From Cladosporium halotolerans (taxonomy: Eukaryota), in assembly GCF_011745625.1 (NCBI RefSeq), contig NW_027191461.1, positions 124,001 through 188,000 on the forward strand: a DNA stretch of 64,000 nucleotides, given 5' to 3'. The position numbers were made by a program, and so were the translations under genes. This document shows positions 1 to 11,123 of this stretch, one piece after another. How positions within the stretch are numbered: position 1 is the stretch's first letter; every line of letters starts with the position of its first letter. Under the pieces are notes generated by a model. That model was not told the origin of the DNA and did not search any database. It saw nothing but the letters and a program-made list of their open reading frames with translations.

Positions 1-2
1 CA

Positions 3-371
3 TTTGTACTCGGATCACCAAAGAACGGCATTATTGCTAAACGGCGCGACATCACACGAGCAATCAAGTCGATCACTCAAAGGCATCTCAGGAAACAAAG
101 GTCTTTCTCTGGCAGCTTGAAGTCTCAGCGCAGTTTCCGAACCTTCTCCTTGGAAAAGCCAAAGGAAATAAGTGCAATCGAGTGCAAACGCGCGCAGCAC
201 CGAGCGAAGAGGGCGCAGCGCATGGCGGGGCGGTCTGCCCAGGGGCACCTCAGAGCACCGCCGGCTCTTCTTGCGAAGAAAGCGTCTTTCGAAGGCAGCG
301 AGATGCATTTCTTCGGCGAGTTCAAGGCCAACCCTGGGCCGTGGGACCACTATGGATGCGTCGTGTCGTAA
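3..371 (+). CDS. 3' end of a possible gene entering from the left edge; basic tail ending in CaaX-like CVVS
   Basis: Frame is open from position 3 to TAA at 369-371 (FVLGSPK...PWDHYGCVVS*). No start lies in the window and no family is recognised. Confidence 0.4.
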   Translation, partial: FVLGSPKNGIIAKRRDITRAIKSITQRHLRKQRSFSGSLKSQRSFRTFSLEKPKEISAIECKRAQHRAKRAQRMAGRSAQGHLRAPPALLAKKASFEGSEMHFFGEFKANPGPWDHYGCVVS

Positions 372-849
372 AGGGGCAATGAGAACTGTTCGGTTTGTGC
401 ATAGCGCTGTACATAGGTCATGATATTACGATCCTTCCCTCGACTGCTCAGAATGGCTTTGGGCATCAAGCCCTCACGCAAATTTGCTCGCTTAAGAAAG
501 TCAATGGCACGATTCGTGTCGATCTCGTCGCTGCAGGGTTGTCGAGGTTGATTAAAGCTCTCCTAATTCTCCGTCAAAGCGGACCGCTCCTTGGACCCGC
601 TCCGCCGCTCTACCCCACGGCACTGACGCACTGCCGAGCGCCTTCGACTCCAGCCACGTGCGGCCAGCCAGACGGATCCGGCTTCCCGATCACCGCCTAC
701 CTTCCGCCTAGGCATCACAACACCGACGCATTCATATCCGGCGCAAGTACTTTGCAGCCAAGCCAGCAGCCCGCATCGCTGTACAGCAAGCTCCCTTCCA
801 GAGTTGCACAAGTTCCAACATCCTCCCTCAGCCCAGGCAACCTCCAGCC

Positions 850-1656
850 ATGAGCTCAACAACATCCCCTCACCAACTCCTCCTCCTCGCCGACCACCTC
901 AAACTCTCCCTCCTCGAGCGCCAGCGCGCCGTAACCCTCAACCTCGAACCCAACAAGCAAGACGCCCACATCACCCGCTCCCTCACCTCCCTCCAAGAAG
1001 GCCTCGAGCACCTCGAATCCCAGCACGCAGACCTCGGCGAAGCCGACGACAACAACTCAGACCTCACCAAGCTCCGCAAGCAATATAGCGACCTCTACGC
1101 ACAATTCCATGGCTCCGCGCCCCCAACACCCGCGTCACGAAAACCAAACAACCCGGCTCTGAGCGACGACTTCGCCGCCGCGCAGGAGCGCCCCGGCCCC
1201 GGCCGGCGGAACAAGAGCGTGCGGTTCCGCGACAACCCAGACGAGCAAGAGCAAGAGCGAGAAGACCCCGCCGAGGCCGCGAACCGCGCCGCGCTCTTCT
1301 CCGACCAGGAGCGGTACACGGACGAGCCCGCGGCGCCGAGCCAGGACGAGCTCTCGAACCAGCAGATCCACGACTACCACAAGCAGGTGCTGCGCGAGCA
1401 GGACTCGCAGCTCGACACGCTGGGCCAGAGCGTGCGGCGGCAGCGCGTGCTGGGCATCCAGATGGGCGACGAGATGGACGAGCAGAACGAGCTGCTGACG
1501 GACGTGGAGGGCGGGGTGGACAGGCATCAGGGGACGCTGGATAGGGCAAGGAAGAGGTTGGGGAATGTCGCGCGGAAGAGCAAGGGGAATTGGAGCTGGA
1601 TTACGATTGCGATTTTGATTTGCGTGTTGGTGCTGTTGATTGTTGTGCTGAAGTGA
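850..1656 (+). CDS. SYN8: Syntaxin-8-like Qc t-SNARE
   Basis: Single-exon 268 aa ORF with an N-terminal helical region, SNARE motif (EQDSQLDTLGQSVRRQRVLGIQMGDEMDEQNELL) and C-terminal TM anchor (WITIAILICVLVLLIVVLK). Confidence 0.85.
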   Translation: MSSTTSPHQLLLLADHLKLSLLERQRAVTLNLEPNKQDAHITRSLTSLQEGLEHLESQHADLGEADDNNSDLTKLRKQYSDLYAQFHGSAPPTPASRKPNNPALSDDFAAAQERPGPGRRNKSVRFRDNPDEQEQEREDPAEAANRAALFSDQERYTDEPAAPSQDELSNQQIHDYHKQVLREQDSQLDTLGQSVRRQRVLGIQMGDEMDEQNELLTDVEGGVDRHQGTLDRARKRLGNVARKSKGNWSWITIAILICVLVLLIVVLK

Positions 1657-2124
1657 GGGGACACGACGATCTTAGATGGCGTTTTAGCTTGTTCTGTTTG
1701 GGCGGGCATTTTGTACAGAGATATCCTGGAGTTTGTTGTGTTGGGTTTCGTATATCTAATGTTAGACGGCTACGGGTACTCCAATAATACTCTAAATGCC
1801 ATTTCATGCCAATATTCACAAGGGTTGATTAAGGTGGATCTATCTTCCCCGCTGGTCTAACAAGCCGAGGTTTATCGGTGGGATGGATCAAGTTGCCTTT
1901 GGAGACGGCTGATAGCACACGAATCGGCACCCCAGACGTCATGATCTTCGGTCTCGCATAAGCTGACTCGGCGGGCGAGTTGTCACTTCGAATATTTGTA
2001 TACATGGCTCGCCGTGGGCCGCCTTGTGTAAAGCATCGTAGACAAGATTGATCACTCAAATTGAGAGACAATAACGAAGTCTCTTCCAACGCTTACTCAA
2101 ACAAATCTTATCAAATCAGCTAGA

Positions 2125-2932
2125 ATGCATCTTGATCTCGAAGAAAAGGTCATTCTCGTCACAGGTAGGCTGTATAGCAACAAATCCCAGAATCACTATC
2201 GCTGAACCCAACTCCTTCCCAGGCGGCACCAAAGGCATCGGCCGCGCCATCGTCTCCTCTTTCCTCGCCGAAGGCGCAACAGTCCATTTCTGCAGCCGCA
2301 CCGCTGCCGACCCAGACCCCTCCCACCCCGCCGACCGCGCCATAAGCGCCACAGTCGACGTGTCGCAGCCCTCGCAAGTCGCCTCCTGGGTCACGTCCTG
2401 CGCCTCGCAAAGCGGCCGCATCGACGCCGTGGTCGCCAACGTCAGCGCGCTCGCGATCTCCACCGACGACGCGGCGTGGCAGGGCGCCTTCGCCACCGAC
2501 CTCATGGGCACGCGCGCGCTCGTTGACGCCGCGCTGCCGTACCTCGAAGTCTCCAAGGGCAGCGTCGTGACCATCGCGTCCGTGTCCGGCCGCGTGCTCG
2601 ACTTCACCGCCCTGCCGAGCCCATACGGGCCGATGAAAGCGGCGCTCATCCACTACACGGCGCAGCTGGCGCGGACGGGGGCGCCCAAGGGGATCAGGGC
2701 GAACACGGTTTCGCCGGGGAATATTTATGTCGAGGACGGGGTTTGGGGGAATGTGGAGAGGGAGCAGCCGGATTTCTTCAAGAAGCAGTGGGCGGAGAAT
2801 CCGCTGGGCAGGATGGGGAGGGCGGAGGAGGTGGCGGATGCGGTTGTGTTTTTGGCGAGCAAGAGGGCGGGGTTCGTGACGGGGGCGAATATGCTTGTTG
2901 ATGGAGGTTTGTCGCAGGGGATTCAGTTTTAG
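2125..2932 (+). CDS. Short-chain dehydrogenase/reductase (classical SDR)
   Basis: Exons 2125-2164 and 2223-2932. Splicing intron 2165-2222 (GTAGGC..CCAG) restores VILVTGGTKGIG (TGxxxGIG). Also has YGPMK (YxxxK), IRANTVSPG and VDGG. Confidence 0.9.
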
Positions 2933-3380
2933 AAGGGGTGAGAGGTGAGAATTGTAGTTTTGGCTGGTATCTATCAGGTACAGACTCTAAAAATGTGGAA
3001 ATTGACCTGGAGTTGCAGTCCCTGGTTTTCCACGAGAGATCGATTCGACCTGCACGTATCAACACTTCCTCATCGATCAATCAAGAGCGGCGGTTGACCG
3101 CTTCGTTGTCAGTTGATCAATTTGAAGTTTGAACAGATCTGTTTGGGCGTTGCATGGTTCAGAGATGTGCAATGTCGTTCACTTGAAATGAAAGAGGGAA
3201 GCGCAATATTGCGGACGATGTGGGGCGATCGGTCTGTTATGCAAGAGTATTATGCATGATGGTGGATAAAGTGGATGCATGCCAACGGTCAACCATCGCT
3301 TGGCTCGAGAACCTTTTCCTAGGAAGCGAGTGCCCACCGTCTCAAAATGCCAGTTGGAAAGGTCATTCGTACTTCACCCA

Positions 3381-4488
3381 ATGATGGCCTCCCATCAGAA
3401 TGAGCCCCCGGCGTTTTCGGATGAAGAGTACCATATCCGTCATTCGAATGGCCACGATGAGTCCAGGCAAATATGGTGGCCTTTCATGCAAAATCTGGGC
3501 TGGGTAAGGGCAATCACAAAGGCAACTTTTCAAACAAGCGTTGACCACCCAGTAGAATCGAGGATGGTACGATCTACCGACGTACATGGACCATTCGAAG
3601 TCTCCAGGGATGCTCCTGATCTTTCCAAAAGGTGGCCAGAAGCCAGTGGGCCACATAGCTGCCACAGTCAACTCCAACTCCACAGGTTGGGTCAGCTTGT
3701 TCGTAGTGGACGAGGCTTACCGAGGCAAAGGGCTCGGCCGAGCTTTGTGGGAGGCTATGATGGAAAATTTCCACACATGTGGGACTAAGATCATTGGGCT
3801 CGACGGTGTTCTCGAGCAGAAAGGCAATTATGAACGAAAAGGCTTTGTTGAGTCTACTCTGGGTACCGTCAAGATCATGAGTCGTCCATTGGTCTGCAAT
3901 AAGGGCCTGCCCAACAATGTACAGGCTGGCCCTAAAGCAGAGATGGTGATCCTGGATCAGGTGCCGCATGATCTACTCGCAGAACATGAGTTGAGGCTCA
4001 CTGGCGTGCAACGGACCGAGCTGTGGACAGAGGAGAATTTATTCAGACGTCCGGATGCCCAAGGCTGGGCTCTCGTTCGCCGCGCACCGCCCCAAGGCGT
4101 AGACGATATCCTGGCGTGGACTGTGATACGACGCTGTTCGGGCGGTGCCCGCATCGGACCAGTCTATGCTGACAACGCGGTCTGCGCCAGGAGCGTACTC
4201 GCACAGGCCATGAACGCTGCCGATGTGGACTACATCAAGGCGTTGCCGCTTGAGAACGAGCCGATGAACACGTGGTCTTCGGAGCGGATTCGGCAGAAAG
4301 CGACCATGATTGCTGAAGTTTGGACGGGCAATCCAAATGCAGTTACGGTGTTCGAAGAGCTAGGATGGTCGTATGGTGGTGCAGATTACCACCGTATGTG
4401 GTTGAAAGGCACAGCACCAAAGGCACAGAGTGAGGGCGGGCTTGCGCAAAGGGGAATGTACGCTATCTTTGACGCAGCCATTGGTTGA
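3381..4488 (+). CDS. GNAT-family N-acetyltransferase with a second C-terminal domain (YitH-like architecture)
   Basis: Exons 3381-3503 and 3556-4488 (intron GTAAGG..GTAG joins LGW|NRGWYD in frame). Acetyl-CoA motif FVVDEAYRGKGLGRALW; also YERKGF and RIGPVYAD. Confidence 0.8.
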
Positions 4489-5297
4489 AGGCAAGTCGAG
4501 TCCCTAGGCGAATAGTCTTACTTCGGCTTGTATGGCATGCGATATCCGGGTTGCATCAGGATTGATCGCTCTAGAAATAGAACCACAGGCGAGTGGGACA
4601 TATCGGCTTCGTTGGAGGACATCGGGTCTGAAACAAGTGTTTAGCCTACCATGACGTATTCTGATATTGAGCCCTCGCTTAATGACAATGCATTTACCGT
4701 GCCAGGCAACGCTAAGGAACGGATGCTTGTGCAAAGCATGGAGACGTGACGATGGAAAGAATGCCAAGTCACGCCGAAAAGCTTCCGCCAACGAAAAAAC
4801 GACCGTGCCGTCTCTTCAACGTGGAGGATCGCCAACCGAGGCTGCGATCTTCAGGAACGGCCTCCGGTCGCAGATCTTACCTACTACAACAACGGGCTGA
4901 CGATTGTGCATCAAATCATGGAACTTCTGTCATGGGTAGACGCTTACTTTAGGGTCCTTGCATGATCACTGATCGGATTCCAAATGCTCGTGTGTAATCA
5001 CACGGAAATTGAGAATTGCCCTGTTCATCCTTATACTTCATGCATCATTTGCGAGCGCCACTTCCGTGCCGCCGTCGGGCGGTCCGGTCCCACTTGCGTA
5101 CCTATTTCTGAACACGAGAAGTAACAGCTCCATTTGTGCCAAGGCGATGGAAGTCCACTGAATGCGACTCTGCCGAATGTGACATCTTACTGCGTATATA
5201 TTGTGCTGCGGCTGACCCTTCATGCCGAGTATTATCAACTCGCAAAACAACACATCTCCAACAGCCAAAGCCATCAGCAAATCAGACGATTTTCACA

Positions 5298-5906
5298 ATG
5301 CTTCTCTCTGCCGCCGCCCTCATGCTCAGCTCTGTCTGCAGCGCCCTCGTCGTGCCCCGCGAGAACAACTCCTCTGAGCCGCAGCCTTCTCAGAAGTTCA
5401 TCGTCCACTCCAGGCCCCAGGGCTCGGACAGCTTCGACAAGTCTCTTGGATACCTTTTCGCTGAGTACTCCTACGGCGGTGGCTACTCTGCTACTCTGCA
5501 CACCGCGAAGTCGGACGCGATTGCCGGTGTCATTTCCGATGTCAACGATCCCGACAACGCCGCCCTCAACTTCCCCTCCGGCGACTACTCCCAGGGTTTC
5601 AAGCTCTCCGAACTGAGCGAGCAGTACCCCAACTCCCTGGCTCAGATCTACAGCGGCCAGGATGGCACCCCTGGCATGGCCATTGAGGATGGCCTGCTCA
5701 AGTGGAACTCCCCTGACGGCACTCCGATCAGCTGGTTCGGTAAGTAGCTGATAATCCTGTTGTACAAAGAGCTCCACTGACGATGACCAGCTTGCGAAAA
5801 CTGGGCTCTCCGTTGGGGCCCTGCAACTGCGCTTTTCTACAAGCGCGAGGGCACTGCCACCACTGAAGGTTGTGTGGATGTCGACCTCGTTGCCGAGTAC
5901 GAGTAA
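5298..5906 (+). CDS. Small secreted protein of unknown function (~185 aa, two C-terminal Cys)
   Basis: Signal peptide MLLSAAALMLSSVCSA. Exons 5298-5739 and 5791-5906 (intron GTAAGT..CTGAC..CCAG). C-terminus WFACENW...EGCVDVDLVAEYE*. Confidence 0.75.
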
Positions 5907-6152
5907 GTGTAGCTGCCGCACTGGACGGACTACGAATCTCGAAGCGATTTAGTCCGGCCTTCGTCTCGTGATACACGAGACATCGGTTTCTGGAGAGTGT
6001 TGGGTCGGCTTGGTAGAACGATCTAAAACAATGCTTCCGAGGTTCGAACCCATAGACAATAGATCATAGACCATGAATCGATATGCTCCTGGCGCTAAAT
6101 TCCAGGGGCTATTCTGAATACTGTGAAACGAGCCATTTCCTTGACAACGTCG

Positions 6153-6818
6153 TCATGGCTTGTCCTGGCCCTCTTCGATCCATGCCTCGAAAATCAGGTC
6201 GCCGGCCTTGACTTTCCGGAGTGGAGTTGTCTTCATGTTGGGAATTGGCGGGTCATCCCCCCGGTGATCAGGCTGCGCGGGTATCCAGGGCTGCGGATGG
6301 CTGACAGGCGCGTCTCCTTCTTCTTTGAGATCGATGGCTACAGTGAACGTGCAGCCTGTCGGCAAAGGTTTCAAGATGGTTTCGCAGTTGGTGATTTTGC
6401 TCATGATCGCACGAAACTGCTCCTCCATATCGACCGTTGGAAGTACATCTACCTTGTCGCCGTGGACATCGATTCTTTCCAGGGGCGTGTCGAGGTCACT
6501 GGCGGGCACAGCTGGGAAGCGTGACGCGTCGAAAACAAAACGCTCCATGGCTTGGTCGTCCTTACTGAAGATGACTACAGCAACGCTGGCTACGACTCCC
6601 TTCAGCAGCTCTCCTTCGACTGCGGTGATTGCGTCGTTTATCCACTCGCAGACTTTAGGATGGCGGCTCTGACGTACTGGATGATTGTATTTCCGTGCCG
6701 TGAGAAAAGAAGTCCTTGGGTAGATTGACCTCTCATAGAGAATCGTGTGGATCGCAACCGTGAGGAAGTCTGTGAAGGCGGCTACCAGTGCCCGGAACGT
6801 GGGCTCTTCCCCTGCCAT
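6153..6818 (-). CDS. REV7: HORMA-domain protein, DNA polymerase zeta subunit Rev7/MAD2B
   Basis: 221 aa with FLTVAIHTILYERSIYP..F..ARKYNHPVRQSRHPKVCEWI, ERFVFD and LPTGCTFTVAI, typical of Rev7. Confidence 0.9.
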   Translation of the reverse strand: MAGEEPTFRALVAAFTDFLTVAIHTILYERSIYPRTSFLTARKYNHPVRQSRHPKVCEWINDAITAVEGELLKGVVASVAVVIFSKDDQAMERFVFDASRFPAVPASDLDTPLERIDVHGDKVDVLPTVDMEEQFRAIMSKITNCETILKPLPTGCTFTVAIDLKEEGDAPVSHPQPWIPAQPDHRGDDPPIPNMKTTPLRKVKAGDLIFEAWIEEGQDKP

Positions 6819-7364
6819 TGCGATATCCTTCCCTGCGTCAATGTAGGCGGCACGATCTGGTTTACAGCAAAGCCTGTAGGCCGACAGTGTCCAAAATGCA
6901 TATGACTGAATTTTCCATGATGGTGGAGCGGATGTCGTTCACTTCGATGTTTGGTGGAAGGAAGCTGGGATGTGGCGTCAAGTGGATGCCTCAGGCGCGC
7001 AACGGCTTCCGCCCACTGCAGTTGAGAGTGACCAGTTTTTTCACCTCACTGAAAGCACAACCACGTGTCAACCCTATAAGCTTCGCAAAGGAGCTTTCTC
7101 GAAGTCTAATCAAAGCAGTGTATACGCTTACAACGCATATTGGTGTCCGAAGGACCTCGGCGCCAAGAATCCGAACACCCCGCGGGCGACAACGACGTGA
7201 TCCTCACAGCAACGAAATTTGAGGACGAACAGCGAGTCATCTGTGGCCGAAGCTTCGAGCTGGACCTCTCACTACCGTCCCGACGACACCTCGAAAGTAC
7301 ACATTCTATGTTGCACTGCCTGTCCAGCGGGCACTAGCAGCTTAGCCACACCCGGACCCGAAAG

Positions 7365-10300
7365 ATGGAGGAGCAGCTAGTGCGGTTGCTTACCGAAACA
7401 CAGTCTCCCAGTGAAGGGCCTAGGAAGGACGCCGAGCTGCAACTGAAGCAACAATATGCGAACCCAGACTTCCCCATCGGACTGGTGCACATTGGCCAGC
7501 ACAGTGAAGTGCCGGTGCAAGTTCGCCAAAGCGCCCTCCTGTACCTGAAGACCTTTGTCCTGGCATGCTGGTCACCGCAATTTGAAGACTACAATGGCCA
7601 CTACTCCGCCGATGAAGGCAGGAAAACTCAGATTCGCCAAGCGCTGCTGGACATTGCGCTTAGCGGACGTGACGAGCGGAAGATCAAGAGCGCAGCCAGC
7701 TTGGTTGTCAGCAAGATCGCCACCGTCGATTTCCCAGATGACTGGCCAGATCTCCTTCCAACTGTGTTGAACGTGGTCGCGACAGGCTCCGATGGACAGT
7801 TGCACGGCGCTTTGAAAGTTCTGAACGAGCTTGTGGATGACTGCTTCAATGAAGATCAATTCTTCAAGGTTGCCCGTGATCTGGTCAAAGCCGTTTACGA
7901 TGTTGCAATTGCCGAACAGAGGAAGCCGATTCTGCGTGCACTCGCAGTATCTGTTTTCAGATCGACATTCGACACTTTGGAAATGGTGATGGAAGATCAC
8001 AAGGCCGCCGTGAAGGGCTTTGCGGAGGAGACGCTTAGCGGCTGGATCCCCTTCTTCTTGTCGATGCTGAAATCTCCGCTACCTCCTGCTCCTTCAGAGG
8101 ACGTAGAAAGCACCGACGCGAACGTTGCGGAGACCTACCGTGGCGTTGTCGCTCTCAAGCTCCAGGTCGTCAAAGTGCTGATGCGGATACGAAGCATTTT
8201 CCCGTCTACTCTTTCACAGCAAAGTCCCGAGCTTTTCTCCGCTACTTGGAGCGAGCTGTCGACTCTTCAAGCACAGTACCACCAAATGTACATTGAAGAG
8301 GATCGTCAAGGACGTCTCGAAGATGCGGACAGCTTACCATACACTCTCGACTTTCTGGTGCTTGAGGAGCTCGATTTCATGCAAGCTTGCCTCAGAGCAC
8401 CGCCTGTCCGTAAAGAACTTGAACAGCAACTCCAGAACCAGAACAACTGGGTCACAGAAGTCATGAAAGTTGCAGTAGCTTACGCGCAAATCACAAACGA
8501 GGAAGAAGGATTATGGGAGATTGACGTCAACATCTTCCTCTCCGAAGAAGCCAATGTGACTGCCAACTACACGCCGCGTACCGCTTGCGGTGACCTCGTC
8601 ATCAAATTGGGAGAGTGGCTCAATGCAGCAACCGTTGAAGGCTTGCTTTCTTACACTAGGCAACTCTACATGGAGAACTCGAGCTGGAAGGCTAAGGAAG
8701 CGGCTCTGTACCTTCTTAATCAGCTATTGAGTGACTTCCAAGACGTGGAGAAGAGCATCGGGCCCGAGTCTGCCAATGGGTACGTCGACTTCATTAAGCA
8801 CGCCTTGCAAGAAGAAGAGGCTTTCCTCCGCGCTCGTGGCTACTTGGTGGCAGGCAGCCTGACCAGAACCTCTGGTGATGCCCTCATGCCTGTTGCCACC
8901 TCATTCATGGAAGCATCGCTACACGCAATTTCTAACGACGAATCTGAGGTTGTCAAGGTGTCTTGCATCCGTGCGTTGCAGTACTACCTTGCCGCCCTGC
9001 CGCCATCAAGCACTTTGTCGTTACAACCGGCCATCGTCGCGGCTCTCAACAACTTCCTTACTTCTCAGGATCTCAGCGATCTTACCGACAGTGATGATCT
9101 CCTCATCACAGTAATCGAGACCCTGCGCGACGCCATTTTGCTGGATACTCGGACATGTCTTAATGGCGGTGGAATCGACCTGCTCTTCACAGTTGCTAGC
9201 CAGGGGGCAAGCAACTTCCAGATTGCACTCCTGATCACAGAAACATTCGAAGAAATCGCAAGCACAATCTCGGCTACCGGCTTCGAAGAGTTTGCTCAGC
9301 TGTCTGCCAAGGTCTTGTCGTCTCTGATGGGCGCATTCGACGTAGCCTCGCTCACGGAAGAGGACGCGCTCGCAAATCTTGCCGCCGAGCTCTTGTCGGT
9401 TCTGGCTGGAGAGGGCACAACGCCGTTGCCGCCGAACTTCGTGGCCACGTCTATGCCCCGCTTGAACAGGCTGCTTCTGGGATCTCAGGATGAAGAGCTT
9501 CTCAAGTCTGCCACCGCTGCTGTGAAGAACATGCTCATCCATGACCCGGAGCAAATGTTCTCGTGGCAGGACGAGGCCGGGAAGGGCGGACTCGAGGTCG
9601 TGCTGATCATTATCGACCGGCTGCTCAACCCTGCTGTGGACGATAATGGCGCAGCTGAGGTCGGTGGCTTGGCTGCGGAGGTGGTCGAGAAAGCCGGAGG
9701 AGAGAGACTCGGCCCCTACCTGGTGCAGCTGCTGAACGCAGTGGCTGCTCGACTCAGTACTGCCACTCAGGCACATCTCATCCAGAGTTTAATCCTGGTA
9801 TTTGCGCGCCTATCGCTGATTTCGGCCCATGAGGTGGTCAGTTTCCTGGCGGACGTGCAGATCGGGGACCAGAGTGGCTTGCAGGTGGTCATGAGCAAAT
9901 GGCTGGAGAACTCGGTCAATTTTGCTGGATACGACGAGATCAGGCAGAAGTAAGTGCATTCGCGACGACGACTTCAGAAATCTCATGCTAACCATGAACA
10001 GCGTGATCGCGCTCTCCAAGCTATACGACCTCCAAGACCCCCGCCTCGCCAGTGTACAGGTGAAAGGCGATCTGATCGTTCCTCAATCCGACCGCATCAT
10101 GACAAGGTCGCGCGCACGCGCGCAGCCTGACCAATACACTATGGTATCAGCCCAGCTCAAGATTATTAAGGTACTCGTTGGCGAGCTCCTTTCCGCCTCT
10201 GGTCCTCGCACACTCGACGCCGGCGCAGCAGCCGATTTCGACGAGGAAGGCAGTGACGACGAAGATTGGGAGGACGATCCCAACGATTTCCTTGACCTCG

Positions 10301-10494
10301 GCGCAGGCATGACCAAGTCGCAGCTCATGGCGCTGGGCGCGGAAGATAGCGCCTCGCTGAGAGGGCGGGACGACGAGACGCAGAATCTCCTGCTCGAATT
10401 CTTCCGCTTGAAGGGAGCGAGCCCGGAATTCGGGCAGGTCTTCAGTGCGCTCACGGCGGAGGAGCAGGAGAAGTTGAGGACGATGGGCCCGTGA
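7365..10494 (+). CDS. KAP114: Importin-9 / karyopherin-beta Kap114
   Basis: Exons 7365-9949 and 10002-10494 (intron GTAAGT..GCTAAC..ACAG). IBN_N-like N-terminus (KIATVDFPDDWPDLL), HEAT-like helices, C-terminal VKGDLIV..IMTRSRAR..PDQY and an acidic DDEDWED loop. Confidence 0.88.
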
Positions 10495-11123
10495 TGAGAT
10501 AACACTTATTGATTTTATGTTGATGATGGATTGAGGGACGACAGCGGGATAGAGCATTCGCGTGCATAGCGCGGCATAGCTTGCTGCAGGTAGTTTATGA
10601 GATGCTTTTTTCACTCGCCCGTTGAACGAATCGTGATGTAAACCTACCGCAGTGCTCTGTCCCTGCCCCTGGAGCGTATCTGACATGCATGCGGTCACGC
10701 GTTCTAGAAAGCTTCCACGTTGTCGCTGATCGCGGACACCACATGGTGGCGCAGCTTAAATCGCGCGCCGCCTAAATCCACCCCGCCGCGCTTCCCCGCT
10801 GAGCGGCAACGAGTGGGCCGCTAGCGCGCGACTGCCTCGCTTGCCTACGCCATGGGCTAGCTTGCGGCGAAGCAACTGCGGCCCCAAGCCCTCGTCGCAT
10901 GCTTGGTCGAGCGCCCCGAACTCTCTCTCTTCACGTCTGCAGACCTCACGTTTGTCTCTCCCCAACCGCGCGCGCCGACCAACCACGCGAGCACCCTGTC
11001 TGCGCATTGACTGCCGCACCGACTCCGATACCAGTACGCCTGCTGCTCATACCCTCGGCCAGCCCCGCGCATACACCTCGCATGCCACTGCACCTTCGAT
11101 AAAGGGAACGGGTCCGCGACTTG

